Position numbers and translations under genes: made by a program | The notes under the pieces: model-generated | Told to the model about the DNA's origin: nothing | The model's input: only the letters and a program-made list of their open reading frames with translations | Database searches by the model: none | NCBI RefSeq assembly: GCF_023161965.1 | Contig: NZ_JALNTY010000002.1 | Coordinates: forward strand, 46,018 to 78,017 | DNA from: Anaerosoma tenue | GTDB taxonomy: Bacteria; Actinomycetota; Coriobacteriia; Anaerosomatales; Anaerosomataceae | DNA length: 32,000 nucleotides | Reading direction: 5' to 3' | In this document: positions 9,367-17,838 of the stretch, piece by piece | Layout: every line of letters begins with the position of its first letter | How positions within the stretch are numbered: position 1 is the stretch's first letter

Positions 9367-11271
9367 CTACGCACTCACCCCGCTTCCGGCCACCAACTGC
9401 GTCTCGATATCCGAGACGATCTCTTCGAATATGCCGAGGTCGTCCAGGGTCGCGTACTTGGCCCGGGCGATCTTCTCCCGCACCGGAGCGGCAAGGATGT
9501 CCTTGAGCGGCGCTCCCCCACGCTGGGCCGCCACCGCCGCCTCATGGAATCGCAGGATCACCCCGAGCAACAGGTCCTGCTCGGTGAGCGAGCTGAACTG
9601 GTCGTCGTCACGGAATGCGTTCTGCTGCAGGAAGTCCTCCCGGATGCTCTTGGCGGTCTCCATCAGGATCTGCTCCTCGGCCGACAGCGCCTCGAGACCC
9701 ACGAGCCGTACGATCTCGGCCAGGTCCGACTCCCGCTGAAGGATGGCCATACAGCGGTCGCGGCGGTCCCTGAACTCGTGCGAGACCTCCTTCTCCCAGT
9801 ACGGGCGGATGCTGTCGAGGTAGAGCGAGTAGCTGGTGAGCCAGTCGATCGCCGGGAAGTGCCGCTGGAACGCCAGCTGATCCTGCAGCGCCCAGTAGAC
9901 CTTCACCACACGAAGCGTGTTCTGCACGACCGGTTCCGACAAGTCCCCACCCGGAGGAGAGACGGACCCGACCACCGATACGGAGCCCGTGCGGGGAGCG
10001 GCAGGGCGGAGTGGCCCCTCCTTGCTGTCCTCGCGCACAGACCGCGCTGCGGAGGCTGCGTCGGGACCCTCCGCACCTGCCGCTCCCACGGTCGCCGCGG
10101 TGGAATCCGAGGACAGCGACGAGGGCCCCGACGGACGCGATCCGCCGAGGCACTGCACGGCCCCCGCACGCTCGTAGAACGCGGCGAGCTTCGTACCGAG
10201 GTACGCGGGGAAGCCCTCGTCTCCGGGCATCTCCTCGAGCCGTCCGGAGATCTCGCGCATCGCCTCGGCCCACCTGCTCGTCGAGTCGGCCTGCAGAACC
10301 ACCTCGTACCCCATGTCGCGGAAGTACTCGGCCATCGTGATGCCCGTGTACACGCTCGCCTCGCGAGCCGCCACCGGCATGTTCGAGGTGTTCGCCACCA
10401 GGACCGTGCGCTTCATCAGCGACTCGCCGGAATACGGGTCGGTGAGCTCCGGGAACTCCATGAGCACGTCGGTCATCTCGTTGCCGCGCTCGCCGCAGCC
10501 GATGAAGATGACCACCTGGGCGTTGCTCCACTTGGCCACCTGGTGCTGCGTGACCGTCTTGCCGGCGCCGAACGGACCGGGGATGCAGGCGACGCCACCC
10601 TTGATGAGCGGGAAGAACGTGTCGATCACACGCGTCCCCGTCACCAGCGGCTCACCCGACGTGATCTTCTTCCGATACGGACGCGGAACGCGGATCGGCC
10701 ACGTCTGCATCATCGTGATCTCATGCTCGGTGCCGTCGGTAGACCTGAGGCGCGCGACCGTCTGCTCCACCGTGAACTGCCCCGCGTGGATCTCGACTAT
10801 CTCGCCGGTCAGTGCCGGCGGCACCATGATGCGATGCTCGACGACCACGTTCTCCTGCACCGTGCCGATGATGTCGCCGCCGGAGACCACGGCGCCCGCC
10901 GTGGCGACCGGCACGAACTCCCAGCGCTTCTCACGGTCGAGCCCGGGGGCCGAGACGCCTCTGCCGAGGAACGCGCCTGACTTCGCGCGCAGCGCGTCGA
11001 GCGGCCGCTGGACGCCGTCGTACACGGCCTCGAGCATGCCGGGGCCGAGCTCCACCGACAACGGCGCGCCGGTCGAGACGACGGGCATGCCAGGGCCCAG
11101 GCCCTCGGTCTCCTCGTAAACCTGGATCGAAGCGCGGTCGCCCCGCATCTCGATGATCTCGCCCATGAGTCCTTGCTCACCCACGCGCACCAGGTCGTAC
11201 ATCCTGGCCGTTCCAAGACCCGTGGCCACCACCAGCGGTCCGGCTACTTTGCGAATCGTGCCCTGATCCAT
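9367..11271 (-). CDS. atpA: V/A-type ATP synthase catalytic subunit A (carries a ~50-aa insertion)
   Basis: Walker A GPFGAGKT. ...[10 protein letters not shown]..., ...[27 protein letters not shown]..., ...[21 protein letters not shown]... At 634 aa it is about 50 aa longer than usual. Confidence 0.95.
   Translation of the reverse strand: MDQGTIRKVAGPLVVATGLGTARMYDLVRVGEQGLMGEIIEMRGDRASIQVYEETEGLGPGMPVVSTGAPLSVELGPGMLEAVYDGVQRPLDALRAKSGAFLGRGVSAPGLDREKRWEFVPVATAGAVVSGGDIIGTVQENVVVEHRIMVPPALTGEIVEIHAGQFTVEQTVARLRSTDGTEHEITMMQTWPIRVPRPYRKKITSGEPLVTGTRVIDTFFPLIKGGVACIPGPFGAGKTVTQHQVAKWSNAQVVIFIGCGERGNEMTDVLMEFPELTDPYSGESLMKRTVLVANTSNMPVAAREASVYTGITMAEYFRDMGYEVVLQADSTSRWAEAMREISGRLEEMPGDEGFPAYLGTKLAAFYERAGAVQCLGGSRPSGPSSLSSDSTAATVGAAGAEGPDAASAARSVREDSKEGPLRPAAPRTGSVSVVGSVSPPGGDLSEPVVQNTLRVVKVYWALQDQLAFQRHFPAIDWLTSYSLYLDSIRPYWEKEVSHEFRDRRDRCMAILQRESDLAEIVRLVGLEALSAEEQILMETAKSIREDFLQQNAFRDDDQFSSLTEQDLLLGVILRFHEAAVAAQRGGAPLKDILAAPVREKIARAKYATLDDLGIFEEIVSDIETQLVAGSGVSA
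9991..10143 (-). other. Low-complexity Ser/Ala/Gly/Pro-rich insertion inside atpA (about aa 377-427)
   Basis: Between ...[11 protein letters not shown] and [15 protein letters not shown] lies [52 protein letters not shown]. As I recall them, Thermus and Enterococcus A subunits have only about 3-5 residues here. Confidence 0.7.
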
Positions 11272-11607
11272 CTAGCCTTCCTCTTCTCCTGACGACATCG
11301 AGGTGCCCAACGCACGCTCGATGGCCCGGTTCAACTTCCTGGCTCCCACGCCGCCCGACGTGCCGGCAGCCGGGATGACCGTCACCGCGGGGACCGGCTT
11401 GTCGGCGGAGTCGGCAACGAGGTCGTCGATCGCCTCGTACACGGGCTCTGTCACGAAGACCGATCCGTACCTTCCGCTCACGAGCTCCGGCCACCGCTCC
11501 CTCGCGTCCTCCGGCCGCTCCACCACCTCGACGGCGAACCCCAGCGGCCGAAAGCCGGCCACACTGGTCGCGTCGCCCACCACCGCGATCATCAGCCGCT
11601 CGCTCAT
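11272..11607 (-). CDS. atpF: V/A-type ATP synthase subunit F
   Basis: 111 aa. MSERLMIAVVGDATSVAGFRPLGF... The ATG overlaps the atpC stop (ATGA) and the stop abuts the atpA start. Confidence 0.88.
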   Translation of the reverse strand: MSERLMIAVVGDATSVAGFRPLGFAVEVVERPEDARERWPELVSGRYGSVFVTEPVYEAIDDLVADSADKPVPAVTVIPAAGTSGGVGARKLNRAIERALGTSMSSGEEEG

Positions 11608-12593
11608 AGCACGCCCCGCAGCCGCTCGCGCACCACGTCGCGCTCCAGACCCGACAGCCTCCCGACCACTACGATCCGCAGCGCCACTACCTCGGCCTCC
11701 CGCGCCAGAACGTACGCGAGCACGGGCTCCGGTCCGCTCGGCACCATACGCGCCGAGGCCATCCTGGCGGCATCGAGCGACGCCGCCGCGAGGTCGTAAC
11801 GCTCGAGATCGAGCAGGTCCGCAACGTCGAGCCCCGGCACCGCGCGAGTCCCTGCCACGGCCTCCGCAAGCTCCTCGGCATCCATACGCGAGACCTCGGA
11901 CGCCAGGCCTTCGATGCTGCGCGAACCGCCACCGATCATCGCCTTGGCAACCTCGGGTCCCGGCAGACGTTTGGCGTTGGCCCGCAGGAGCACCCTGGTG
12001 TTCGCCAGGTCGATCCGAAGCGTCATCAGATCGCGCAGGAACGCCACCCGCGACCGGCGGGCCTCGGCCGCGAGCGCTTCGTAGAGCGCGTGGTCCACGG
12101 CCGTCTCCACCTCAGACAACGCCGGCGGCTGCTCGGCATCGTCCCACGCGGTCAGCAGCGCGCACATCGCGCCGGGAAGCTGCTCTCCGGTGCCGAGGAA
12201 CGCCGCGGGCTCGATCGTGCCGAGCGCGCTCAGCCTGGGCGCCGGCAGTCCGAGCACGCGGGTCTTGAGCGCCGTGCGCAGGTTGCGGTAGTCGTACGGC
12301 AACCTGAAGAACCGCACGACCGCCTCGGGCAGACCCGCCTCCAACAGGAACTCGTCGTACAGGTCGCCGAGTGACGCGTCGAGCGCTCGCTCGACGTCCG
12401 TGGCGGTGGACGCCTGCTCGAGATACCGCCCGAACGCGGTCTCAGAGAGGATGCGGCGCTGCTCGGCGAAGTCGGGCGCGTCGATCAGCCGCTCGAAGAC
12501 CGACCGCGTCAGCAGCTTGGCCTGCAGGACGCGAACGCGCCCTACGGCGAAGCCGTACCGGATGTCATCGCGTATCGAGGCGAGTTGCGCCAC
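11604..12593 (-). CDS. atpC: V/A-type ATP synthase subunit C (d-type central stalk/socket subunit)
   Basis: GTG at 12593 lies 1 nt after the atpE stop (TAA at 12597-12595) and is preceded by GGAGGA. About 330 aa and helical, in the operon position between E and F. The ORF-track start at 12716 would overlap atpE. Confidence 0.82.
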   Translation of the reverse strand: MAQLASIRDDIRYGFAVGRVRVLQAKLLTRSVFERLIDAPDFAEQRRILSETAFGRYLEQASTATDVERALDASLGDLYDEFLLEAGLPEAVVRFFRLPYDYRNLRTALKTRVLGLPAPRLSALGTIEPAAFLGTGEQLPGAMCALLTAWDDAEQPPALSEVETAVDHALYEALAAEARRSRVAFLRDLMTLRIDLANTRVLLRANAKRLPGPEVAKAMIGGGSRSIEGLASEVSRMDAEELAEAVAGTRAVPGLDVADLLDLERYDLAAASLDAARMASARMVPSGPEPVLAYVLAREAEVVALRIVVVGRLSGLERDVVRERLRGVL

Positions 12594-12594
12594 G

Positions 12595-13179
12595 TTACCG
12601 GTCCTCCCCGGCGAACAGGGTGCGCACGGCCACGTGCAGCAGGTCGGCACGGTGCTCGGCGATGTACGACGCGGCGGAAACGTCCACCCGTACGCCGTCG
12701 CCCTCAACGCACACACCCCGCTCGATGTCTGGCGACGTGCCTTCCACTGTCACATCGATGCCAGCGTCCCGCAGCAGCGCGCCGAGCGTCCGGAGGCGCT
12801 GCTCGTCGGCGGCGCTCACGCGGATCCGCTGCCCGGGTACGGCGACCTCGGCCACCTCACGCGCGATGAGCGCGACGTACTCGTCGTCAGGGAGGTCCTC
12901 GAGTCTGTGTCCAGCCTCGGCGAGAGCCCTCTCGGCCAGGTCCTTCTTGGCGGCCAGAAGCGAGTCGCGGGCCGCAAGCCGCGCATTGGCGAGGAGGGTG
13001 TCGGCCTCTACCTTCGCCTGCGTCAGCGTGCGCTCCACGATCCTCTCGGCCTCGCGTTCCGCGTCGAGACGCGCTCGCTCTCGCACCGCGTCGGCACGCT
13101 CCCGCGCAGCCGAGATGATCGCGTCCGCCTCGGCGCGCGCATCGTCCTCTATGCGGGTGATGATGTCAGCGATCGCCAC
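12595..13179 (-). CDS. atpE: V/A-type ATP synthase subunit E (peripheral stalk)
   Basis: 194 aa with a GTG start. MAIADIITRIEDDARAEADAIISAARERA... has a charged coiled-coil N-terminus and a globular C-terminus. Confidence 0.88.
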   Translation of the reverse strand: MAIADIITRIEDDARAEADAIISAARERADAVRERARLDAEREAERIVERTLTQAKVEADTLLANARLAARDSLLAAKKDLAERALAEAGHRLEDLPDDEYVALIAREVAEVAVPGQRIRVSAADEQRLRTLGALLRDAGIDVTVEGTSPDIERGVCVEGDGVRVDVSAASYIAEHRADLLHVAVRTLFAGEDR

Positions 13180-13194
13180 CTGGGATCAGCCTCA

Positions 13195-13695
13195 CTATCC
13201 GCCGAAGGTCGCCTGCAGCGCGGTCATCATCAGCACTGTCACGATGAGAGCGAAGACCGCGTAGGTCTCGACCAGCGCCGGGAAGATCAGCGCCTTGCCC
13301 GAGTCCTCGCTCCTGCGCGCCACGATGCCAGCAGCCGCGGCGCCCGTCTTACCCTGATAGATGCCGGTGAACATGCCAAGGAACGCCACCGGCAGGCACG
13401 CCAGGAACACCGCGAAGCCCTGCGGCCCGGTCAGCGTCGACTCACCGCCGAGGATGTTGAAGAAGATCAGCACGAGCACCGCCGCGATGAACCCGTAGAT
13501 GCCCTGCGTGCTCGGCATCGCCGCGAGCGGCAAGAGCTTGCCGAACTTCTCGCCGTCCTCGGTCACGATGCCTGATACGGTGGCAGACGCGATGGTGATG
13601 CCGATCGCGGAGCCCACACCCCCGAGCACCGCCGCAACACCACCACCGAACAGCGCCCAGTTGATGCCCGAGATGCCCCAGAAGAGGTCGCTCAC
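13195..13695 (-). CDS. atpK: V/A-type ATP synthase proteolipid subunit K (duplicated, four-TM type)
   Basis: GTG at 13695 overlaps the atpI stop (GTGA). 166 aa, Gly/Ala-rich, four helices, with PSTQGIYGF, IYQGK and LVETYA motifs. The longer ORF 13195..14262 is an antisense-type extension into atpI. Confidence 0.9.
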   Translation of the reverse strand: MSDLFWGISGINWALFGGGVAAVLGGVGSAIGITIASATVSGIVTEDGEKFGKLLPLAAMPSTQGIYGFIAAVLVLIFFNILGGESTLTGPQGFAVFLACLPVAFLGMFTGIYQGKTGAAAAGIVARRSEDSGKALIFPALVETYAVFALIVTVLMMTALQATFGG

Positions 13696-15866
13696 GTTCC
13701 CGCTCCTTCCTGCCGCGCGCTGTCGGCATGCAATACCAGTGTCTTCGATCTGAAGGCGAACGGCGCATAGGCGCGGCCCCCGCCCTCGTAGAACTTGCCA
13801 AAGAACTCGACGAACTGCAGACGCGCAGGATGCACGAACGCGCTCAGCAGGTTGATCACCACGTTGAACACATGGCCCACCACGAAGATCAGCGCGGCGA
13901 AGACCATGATGACCACGCCGCCGACGATGGCCCCGCCGCCCTTGTCGAACATGCTGCCGGCACCGGCGCCCACGAGCCTGGCGAGCAGGTTGAACACCAT
14001 TCCCACGAGCGTTGCCGAAAGCGCGAGCGCAGCGAGCCGCGTGTAGCTCAGGATATCGCCGATCAGCGATGAGAGGCCGTACACGGCGTAGGCTCCGCCG
14101 AGCATGGCCGCCACCACCCGCCGGGTCGCCTTGGACACGACCATTCCTGCGACCGTGATCGCAAGCAGCATCCAGCCGAGGGGGGCGCTCCAACCCAACG
14201 CCAGCGAGAGCAGCCAGCCCACGAACACCGCAAGCCACGCGGCGCCCAGCCCCTTGTCCCACGCGGGCGCTTCCACCTCACGCAGCGCGACGTCGATCGC
14301 ACGGCTCTTGCCGAGCGCGGTGAGGCCCAGCCCCAGTACGATGGCCACCGTGGAGAGCGACGGCACGAGGACCGCCACCGCGATCGCGGCGAACAGCACC
14401 ACCGTTGACGCCTGATCGAAGACGGCCGACGCCCAGTCGCCTTTGCGCGCGAGATTCCAGGCCGAGATCAGCACGCCGAAGAGCACCTGCAGCACGCCGA
14501 GCGCGATGGAGAACACCAGGAAGGTGGGCAGCTCCTCCATCGGGTTGATGAGCCGGAGACTCTCGAGAAGCGGCGGCAGCTCGAGGTCCCATGCGAAGTA
14601 CGAGCCGAGCGCCACCCCGGCGAACATCGCACCCACCCCGCCCACGATGAAGAGGTCCATGAGCTTCTTAACGCCCGGAGCCACATCGAGCTTCTTCTTG
14701 ATGAGCCACGACGCCACGATCAGCATCAGCCCATAACCCACATCACCGATGCAGATACCGAAGAAGACCCAAAAGAACGGCGCCAGCAGCGGTGTGGGAT
14801 CCAGCTCGTCGTACCGCGGCCGGCCGTAGAGGTCGGTCAGCACCTCGAATGGACGCAAGAATCTCGGGTTCTCGAGCTCCACCGGCGGCGTGTCACCTGG
14901 GCCGGGGTCCTCGTAGCTCACGTCAAGCGTGTCAGCGAGCGGCTCAAGCGCCTCGTCCAGGACGCCCCGGCGCTTGGCGCTCACCCACCCGGTGATGACG
15001 AAGGCCCGCTCCGTCGTCCCGAAGTGTTCGCGGACGGTCACCGCTTCAAGGTCCGCGTCGATGGCCTCCACGAGCGCCACGGCATCGTCGTGGTACTGCT
15101 CGGAGAGGGTCTGCGCCTGCCCGTCGAGAACCGCGAGCCGCTCGTCTATCTCGGCTATGCGCTCGAGCGCGACCGCCCGTTCCTCTGCGGGGTAGTCGTG
15201 GAGCCCGGGGAACTTCACGTCGGCGAAGTCGGTGCCCGCAAGCACCGCGCGCACCTCGTCCACCACAGTACGATGCGCCATCACGACCCATGCCGTCTTC
15301 CCGCCCACCGAGGCGAGTTCCTCCACCGAGACGTGCGGCGTGATCTCGCGGAGCATCTCCCTGGTCGCACAGCCCTCAGGCGAGGGGATCACACCCGTGA
15401 ACAACGCCACATGCTCGGTGCCCACCCATCGGCCGATCTCGAGCCGGAGCGGCTCCCATGCAAGCAACTCGTGCGCAAGGGCCTGGAGGCGGCCCCGCTC
15501 GCGGCGCAGTTCCGCCATCGAGTCGGCGACCCCCTGGCACTGCTCGTAGACGTGCAGGAGCGTCGTGTCCACCTCAAGAGCGGCGAACTCATCCTCCGAG
15601 AGATGCAGCTTCTCGGATATGAACGAAGAGAACGGCTGGTCGCTCGTGTGATAGCGCCGCAGGAAGTCGCGGATGAAGACGGCGTCGGCGCGATACTCCT
15701 CGAGACGCCTCACCTCAGCGGGATCGGGCGAGGCGTACGCCGGCGCCGTACCCTCGGCCACCGTCTCGATATCGAGCGCTCCGGCGCGCCGCATGCGCTC
15801 GACAGCCTCGTCGAGCGCCGACGTGTGGCCGAGCACGGTGACGCGCAACATACGTGCGACAGCCAC
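13692..15866 (-). CDS. atpI: V/A-type ATP synthase subunit I (membrane a-subunit)
   Basis: A soluble N-terminal half is followed by a polytopic C-terminal half. The likely start is GTG at 15866 (VAVARMLRVTVLGH...), 4 nt after the upstream stop. ATG at 15851 is the alternative. The ORF-track start at 15980 overlaps the upstream gene. Confidence 0.88.
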   Translation of the reverse strand: MAVARMLRVTVLGHTSALDEAVERMRRAGALDIETVAEGTAPAYASPDPAEVRRLEEYRADAVFIRDFLRRYHTSDQPFSSFISEKLHLSEDEFAALEVDTTLLHVYEQCQGVADSMAELRRERGRLQALAHELLAWEPLRLEIGRWVGTEHVALFTGVIPSPEGCATREMLREITPHVSVEELASVGGKTAWVVMAHRTVVDEVRAVLAGTDFADVKFPGLHDYPAEERAVALERIAEIDERLAVLDGQAQTLSEQYHDDAVALVEAIDADLEAVTVREHFGTTERAFVITGWVSAKRRGVLDEALEPLADTLDVSYEDPGPGDTPPVELENPRFLRPFEVLTDLYGRPRYDELDPTPLLAPFFWVFFGICIGDVGYGLMLIVASWLIKKKLDVAPGVKKLMDLFIVGGVGAMFAGVALGSYFAWDLELPPLLESLRLINPMEELPTFLVFSIALGVLQVLFGVLISAWNLARKGDWASAVFDQASTVVLFAAIAVAVLVPSLSTVAIVLGLGLTALGKSRAIDVALREVEAPAWDKGLGAAWLAVFVGWLLSLALGWSAPLGWMLLAITVAGMVVSKATRRVVAAMLGGAYAVYGLSSLIGDILSYTRLAALALSATLVGMVFNLLARLVGAGAGSMFDKGGGAIVGGVVIMVFAALIFVVGHVFNVVINLLSAFVHPARLQFVEFFGKFYEGGGRAYAPFAFRSKTLVLHADSARQEGAGT

Positions 15867-15870
15867 GATA

Positions 15871-16176
15871 TCAGCCCGCCAGCTCGTCCAGGACGGCCGC
15901 CACCGCGACCGGAAGGCGACCCTCGGCCGCTCGGACGTACTCATCACGGGCCGCCGCAGCCTCCGCCTCATACCGCTCACGCTCGGCGTGCGCGTCCGTC
16001 AGGATGGCCGCAGCCTTCGCTTCCGCGTCCTGGCGGGCCGCCGCGATCGTCGACCGCCTGACGTGGTCGGCATCCGATGCGGCCGCGCGCTCAAGCGAGT
16101 TCGCGTGCTCGCGCGCTTCGGCGACGATGTCCCGGGCACGTTCCTCGACGCTCAGGATGCGTTCGAGCTTTTCCAT
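15871..16176 (-). CDS. Small coiled-coil V/A-ATPase stalk subunit (G/H-like, NtpF-like position)
   Basis: 101 aa. MEKLERILSVEERARDIVAEAREHA..., Ala/Glu/Arg-rich and helical. It is the first gene of the operon, directly upstream of atpI, as in ntp/atp V-type operons. Confidence 0.7.
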   Translation of the reverse strand: MEKLERILSVEERARDIVAEAREHANSLERAAASDADHVRRSTIAAARQDAEAKAAAILTDAHAERERYEAEAAAARDEYVRAAEGRLPVAVAAVLDELAG

Positions 16177-16326
16177 GGGAACCCCATCACCGCTTTCACG
16201 ATCGCGTCATCGCCGTCACACGGTCCGAAACGCGATGACAGCGTATGGATCGCTACAGTATAGTACGCGAAACACCCCTCAAGACCCTGCCGTTCGCCCC
16301 CATATTCGAACCGGATACGTCTGCAT

Positions 16327-17190
16327 ATGCCCTTTAGTGACAACCGCGACCCATACCGCCCGCCGGCGCGCTCGCGTCACACCCGCCGCACACGGCGGGG
16401 CCGGAGCGGCCGCAGGGTGCGCCCCCGCCGGTCGCCATATCCCGCCCTTACCGCGGTGGTTCTCATCGTCGGCCTCGCACTCATCCTCACGGCGACGCTC
16501 TGGAGGGGCGGCTCCGACGAGCCGGGCCCGATGACCGCGGCCGTTGCGTCAGTGGCGGCCGAGCCCGACCGCGACCCTACCCCTCGATTCGCCCGTGTCG
16601 GCGCCACGGAGATGCGCCTCCCCGTGGACCCCTCCGCCATGACAGCCCTGGCGTTCCACCAGGCATCCGGCGACTCGGCGCTTCCGATCACCTCGCTCGT
16701 CCCGGATGCCGACATGGAGCTGGCCGCCGAGCTCCAGGCGGTCCCGCCTGTGGAGGAGGCTGCGGACGTGCCGGACGACGTGCTGGGCGGCGTGTGTCTG
16801 CGGCTCTGGCGCTCGAACCGCACAGGCATGCCGGACACGGCGGCCGACATCGGAGCCGATGCCGGGACCGATGTGTACTCTCCTGTGACCGGCACCGTTG
16901 TAGAGGTGCGGCCCTACCTGCTCTACGACGCCTACGACGACTTCGAGATACACATCCGGCCGGACGGTCGTGATGACGTGGACGTCGTGCTCATCCATGT
17001 GGACGACGTGACCGTGCGCGCCGGTGACGCCGTGGTGGCCGGTGTCACGCGAATCGCGGCGGTCCGGTCGATGTCGGACAAGATCGAGATCCAGCTTGGC
17101 GGCTACACCGACAACGGCGGCGACCACGTGCATATACAGGTGAACGAGATCGGCGCCGCAGGCGAACTCGACGCGGCAGGTGAATCGTAG
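16327..17190 (+). CDS. Membrane-anchored protein with a LytM/M23-like C-terminal domain (non-canonical metal site)
   Basis: Arg-rich N-terminus (RSRHTRRTRRGRSGRRVRPRR), then a TM helix (ALTAVVLIVGLALILTATL). The C-terminus reads DIGADAGTDVYSPVTGTVVEV ... VLIHVDDVTVRAGDAVVAGVTRIAAV ... GDHVHIQV, resembling the M23 fold. HxH is retained, but the His of HxxxD is apparently replaced (DTAAD). There is no clear SD sequence. Confidence 0.6.
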   Translation: MPFSDNRDPYRPPARSRHTRRTRRGRSGRRVRPRRSPYPALTAVVLIVGLALILTATLWRGGSDEPGPMTAAVASVAAEPDRDPTPRFARVGATEMRLPVDPSAMTALAFHQASGDSALPITSLVPDADMELAAELQAVPPVEEAADVPDDVLGGVCLRLWRSNRTGMPDTAADIGADAGTDVYSPVTGTVVEVRPYLLYDAYDDFEIHIRPDGRDDVDVVLIHVDDVTVRAGDAVVAGVTRIAAVRSMSDKIEIQLGGYTDNGGDHVHIQVNEIGAAGELDAAGES

Positions 17191-17193
17191 CCG

Positions 17194-17412
17194 CTACTCT
17201 TCGCCCGAGCCTTCGTCCGCCCTGGCGATGAACCCTCGGAACCGCCGGTCGAAATCGTAGCGCTCCAGGCGCACCTTCCGGTCGCACCCCACGCAGCGAA
17301 GGCCGATGTCCATGCCGAGCTTCGTGATCTCCCACTCGTTGGCCCCGCACGGATGCGGCTTCTTGAGGCGCACCACGTCGCCGATGCGTATGGGCGTGAT
17401 AGGAACAGCCAT
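17194..17412 (-). CDS. DUF951-family small protein
   Basis: GDVVRLKKPHPCGANEWEITKLGMDIGLRCVGCDRKVRLERYDFDRRF matches the DUF951 pattern (KKPHPCG ... C.GC). ATG at 17412 has GGAG 5 nt upstream. GTG at 17418 is the alternative start. Confidence 0.8.
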   Translation of the reverse strand: MAVPITPIRIGDVVRLKKPHPCGANEWEITKLGMDIGLRCVGCDRKVRLERYDFDRRFRGFIARADEGSGEE

Positions 17413-17516
17413 GCTCACTCCGTGCTCGGTCGCGTCAGCAGGGCAGGGCGGGTAGAGTATACCGCGTGATACCCGTGGATCCGCCCGGCGTCGCGCCGGG
17501 TGGCTGGAGGAGCCCC

Positions 17517-17792
17517 ATGAAGACCAGAGCCGTGCTCTCCGTTCTCGGCGCCGACCGCGTCGGCATCGTCGCCACCATCGCCACCGCTCTCGCGGAACTC
17601 TCAGTCAACATCGAGGATATCCGCCAGACGATCCTCTCGGACGTGTTCTCGATGACGATGCTCGTCACCATCGACGAGGACATACACCCCTTCGAAGACA
17701 TCCAGGCGCGCCTTGCCGAGGTCGCCGAGGCAATCGGCATGCAGGTGACCCTCCAGCGCGAGGACGTCTTCCGCTTCATGCACCGCGTGTAG
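17517..17792 (+). CDS. ACT-domain protein (UPF0237-like)
   Basis: ATG at 17517 follows [44 protein letters not shown]... is a single ACT domain of 91 aa, immediately upstream of a UPF0210 gene, which is the usual pairing. Confidence 0.85.
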   Translation: MKTRAVLSVLGADRVGIVATIATALAELSVNIEDIRQTILSDVFSMTMLVTIDEDIHPFEDIQARLAEVAEAIGMQVTLQREDVFRFMHRV

Positions 17793-17838
17793 GCAGCCCA
17801 CACGTCCTGTCGATCGTCCGCCGCTCCTGGAGGTCCCC

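Noticed and set aside
9991-10143. Intein in the V-ATPase A subunit
   Set aside because: The insertion is only ~50 aa and lacks the N-terminal Cys/Ser and C-terminal His-Asn-Cys/Ser/Thr splice junctions and any endonuclease or Hint motifs. It is not at the P-loop-proximal VMA intein site. It is treated as a loop expansion instead.
8239-10980. 913-aa ORF on the plus strand, plus similar long ORFs: 344..2263(-), 3470..4588(-), 5378..6931(-), 7030..7776(+), 11303..12268(+), 12400..13575(+), 15024..16061(+), 17979..19202(-), 26608..27645(+), 28581..29540(-), 30040..31404(-)
   Set aside because: All lie antisense to, or out of frame with, genes that have unmistakable conserved motifs. Their translations are Arg/Ala/Gly/Pro-rich low-complexity strings, typical of stop-poor alternative frames in high-GC DNA. 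None has a convincing SD sequence and start.
16177-16326. Promoter for the V-ATPase operon (TATACT-like hexamer on the minus strand at 16262-16257) and the inverted repeat gtcatcgc/gcgatgac (16206-16239)
   Set aside because: No acceptable -35 hexamer sits at 16-18-nt spacing (TTGAGG is at 14 nt). The inverted repeat is only 8 bp with an 18-nt loop. It is plausible but not supportable from sequence alone.
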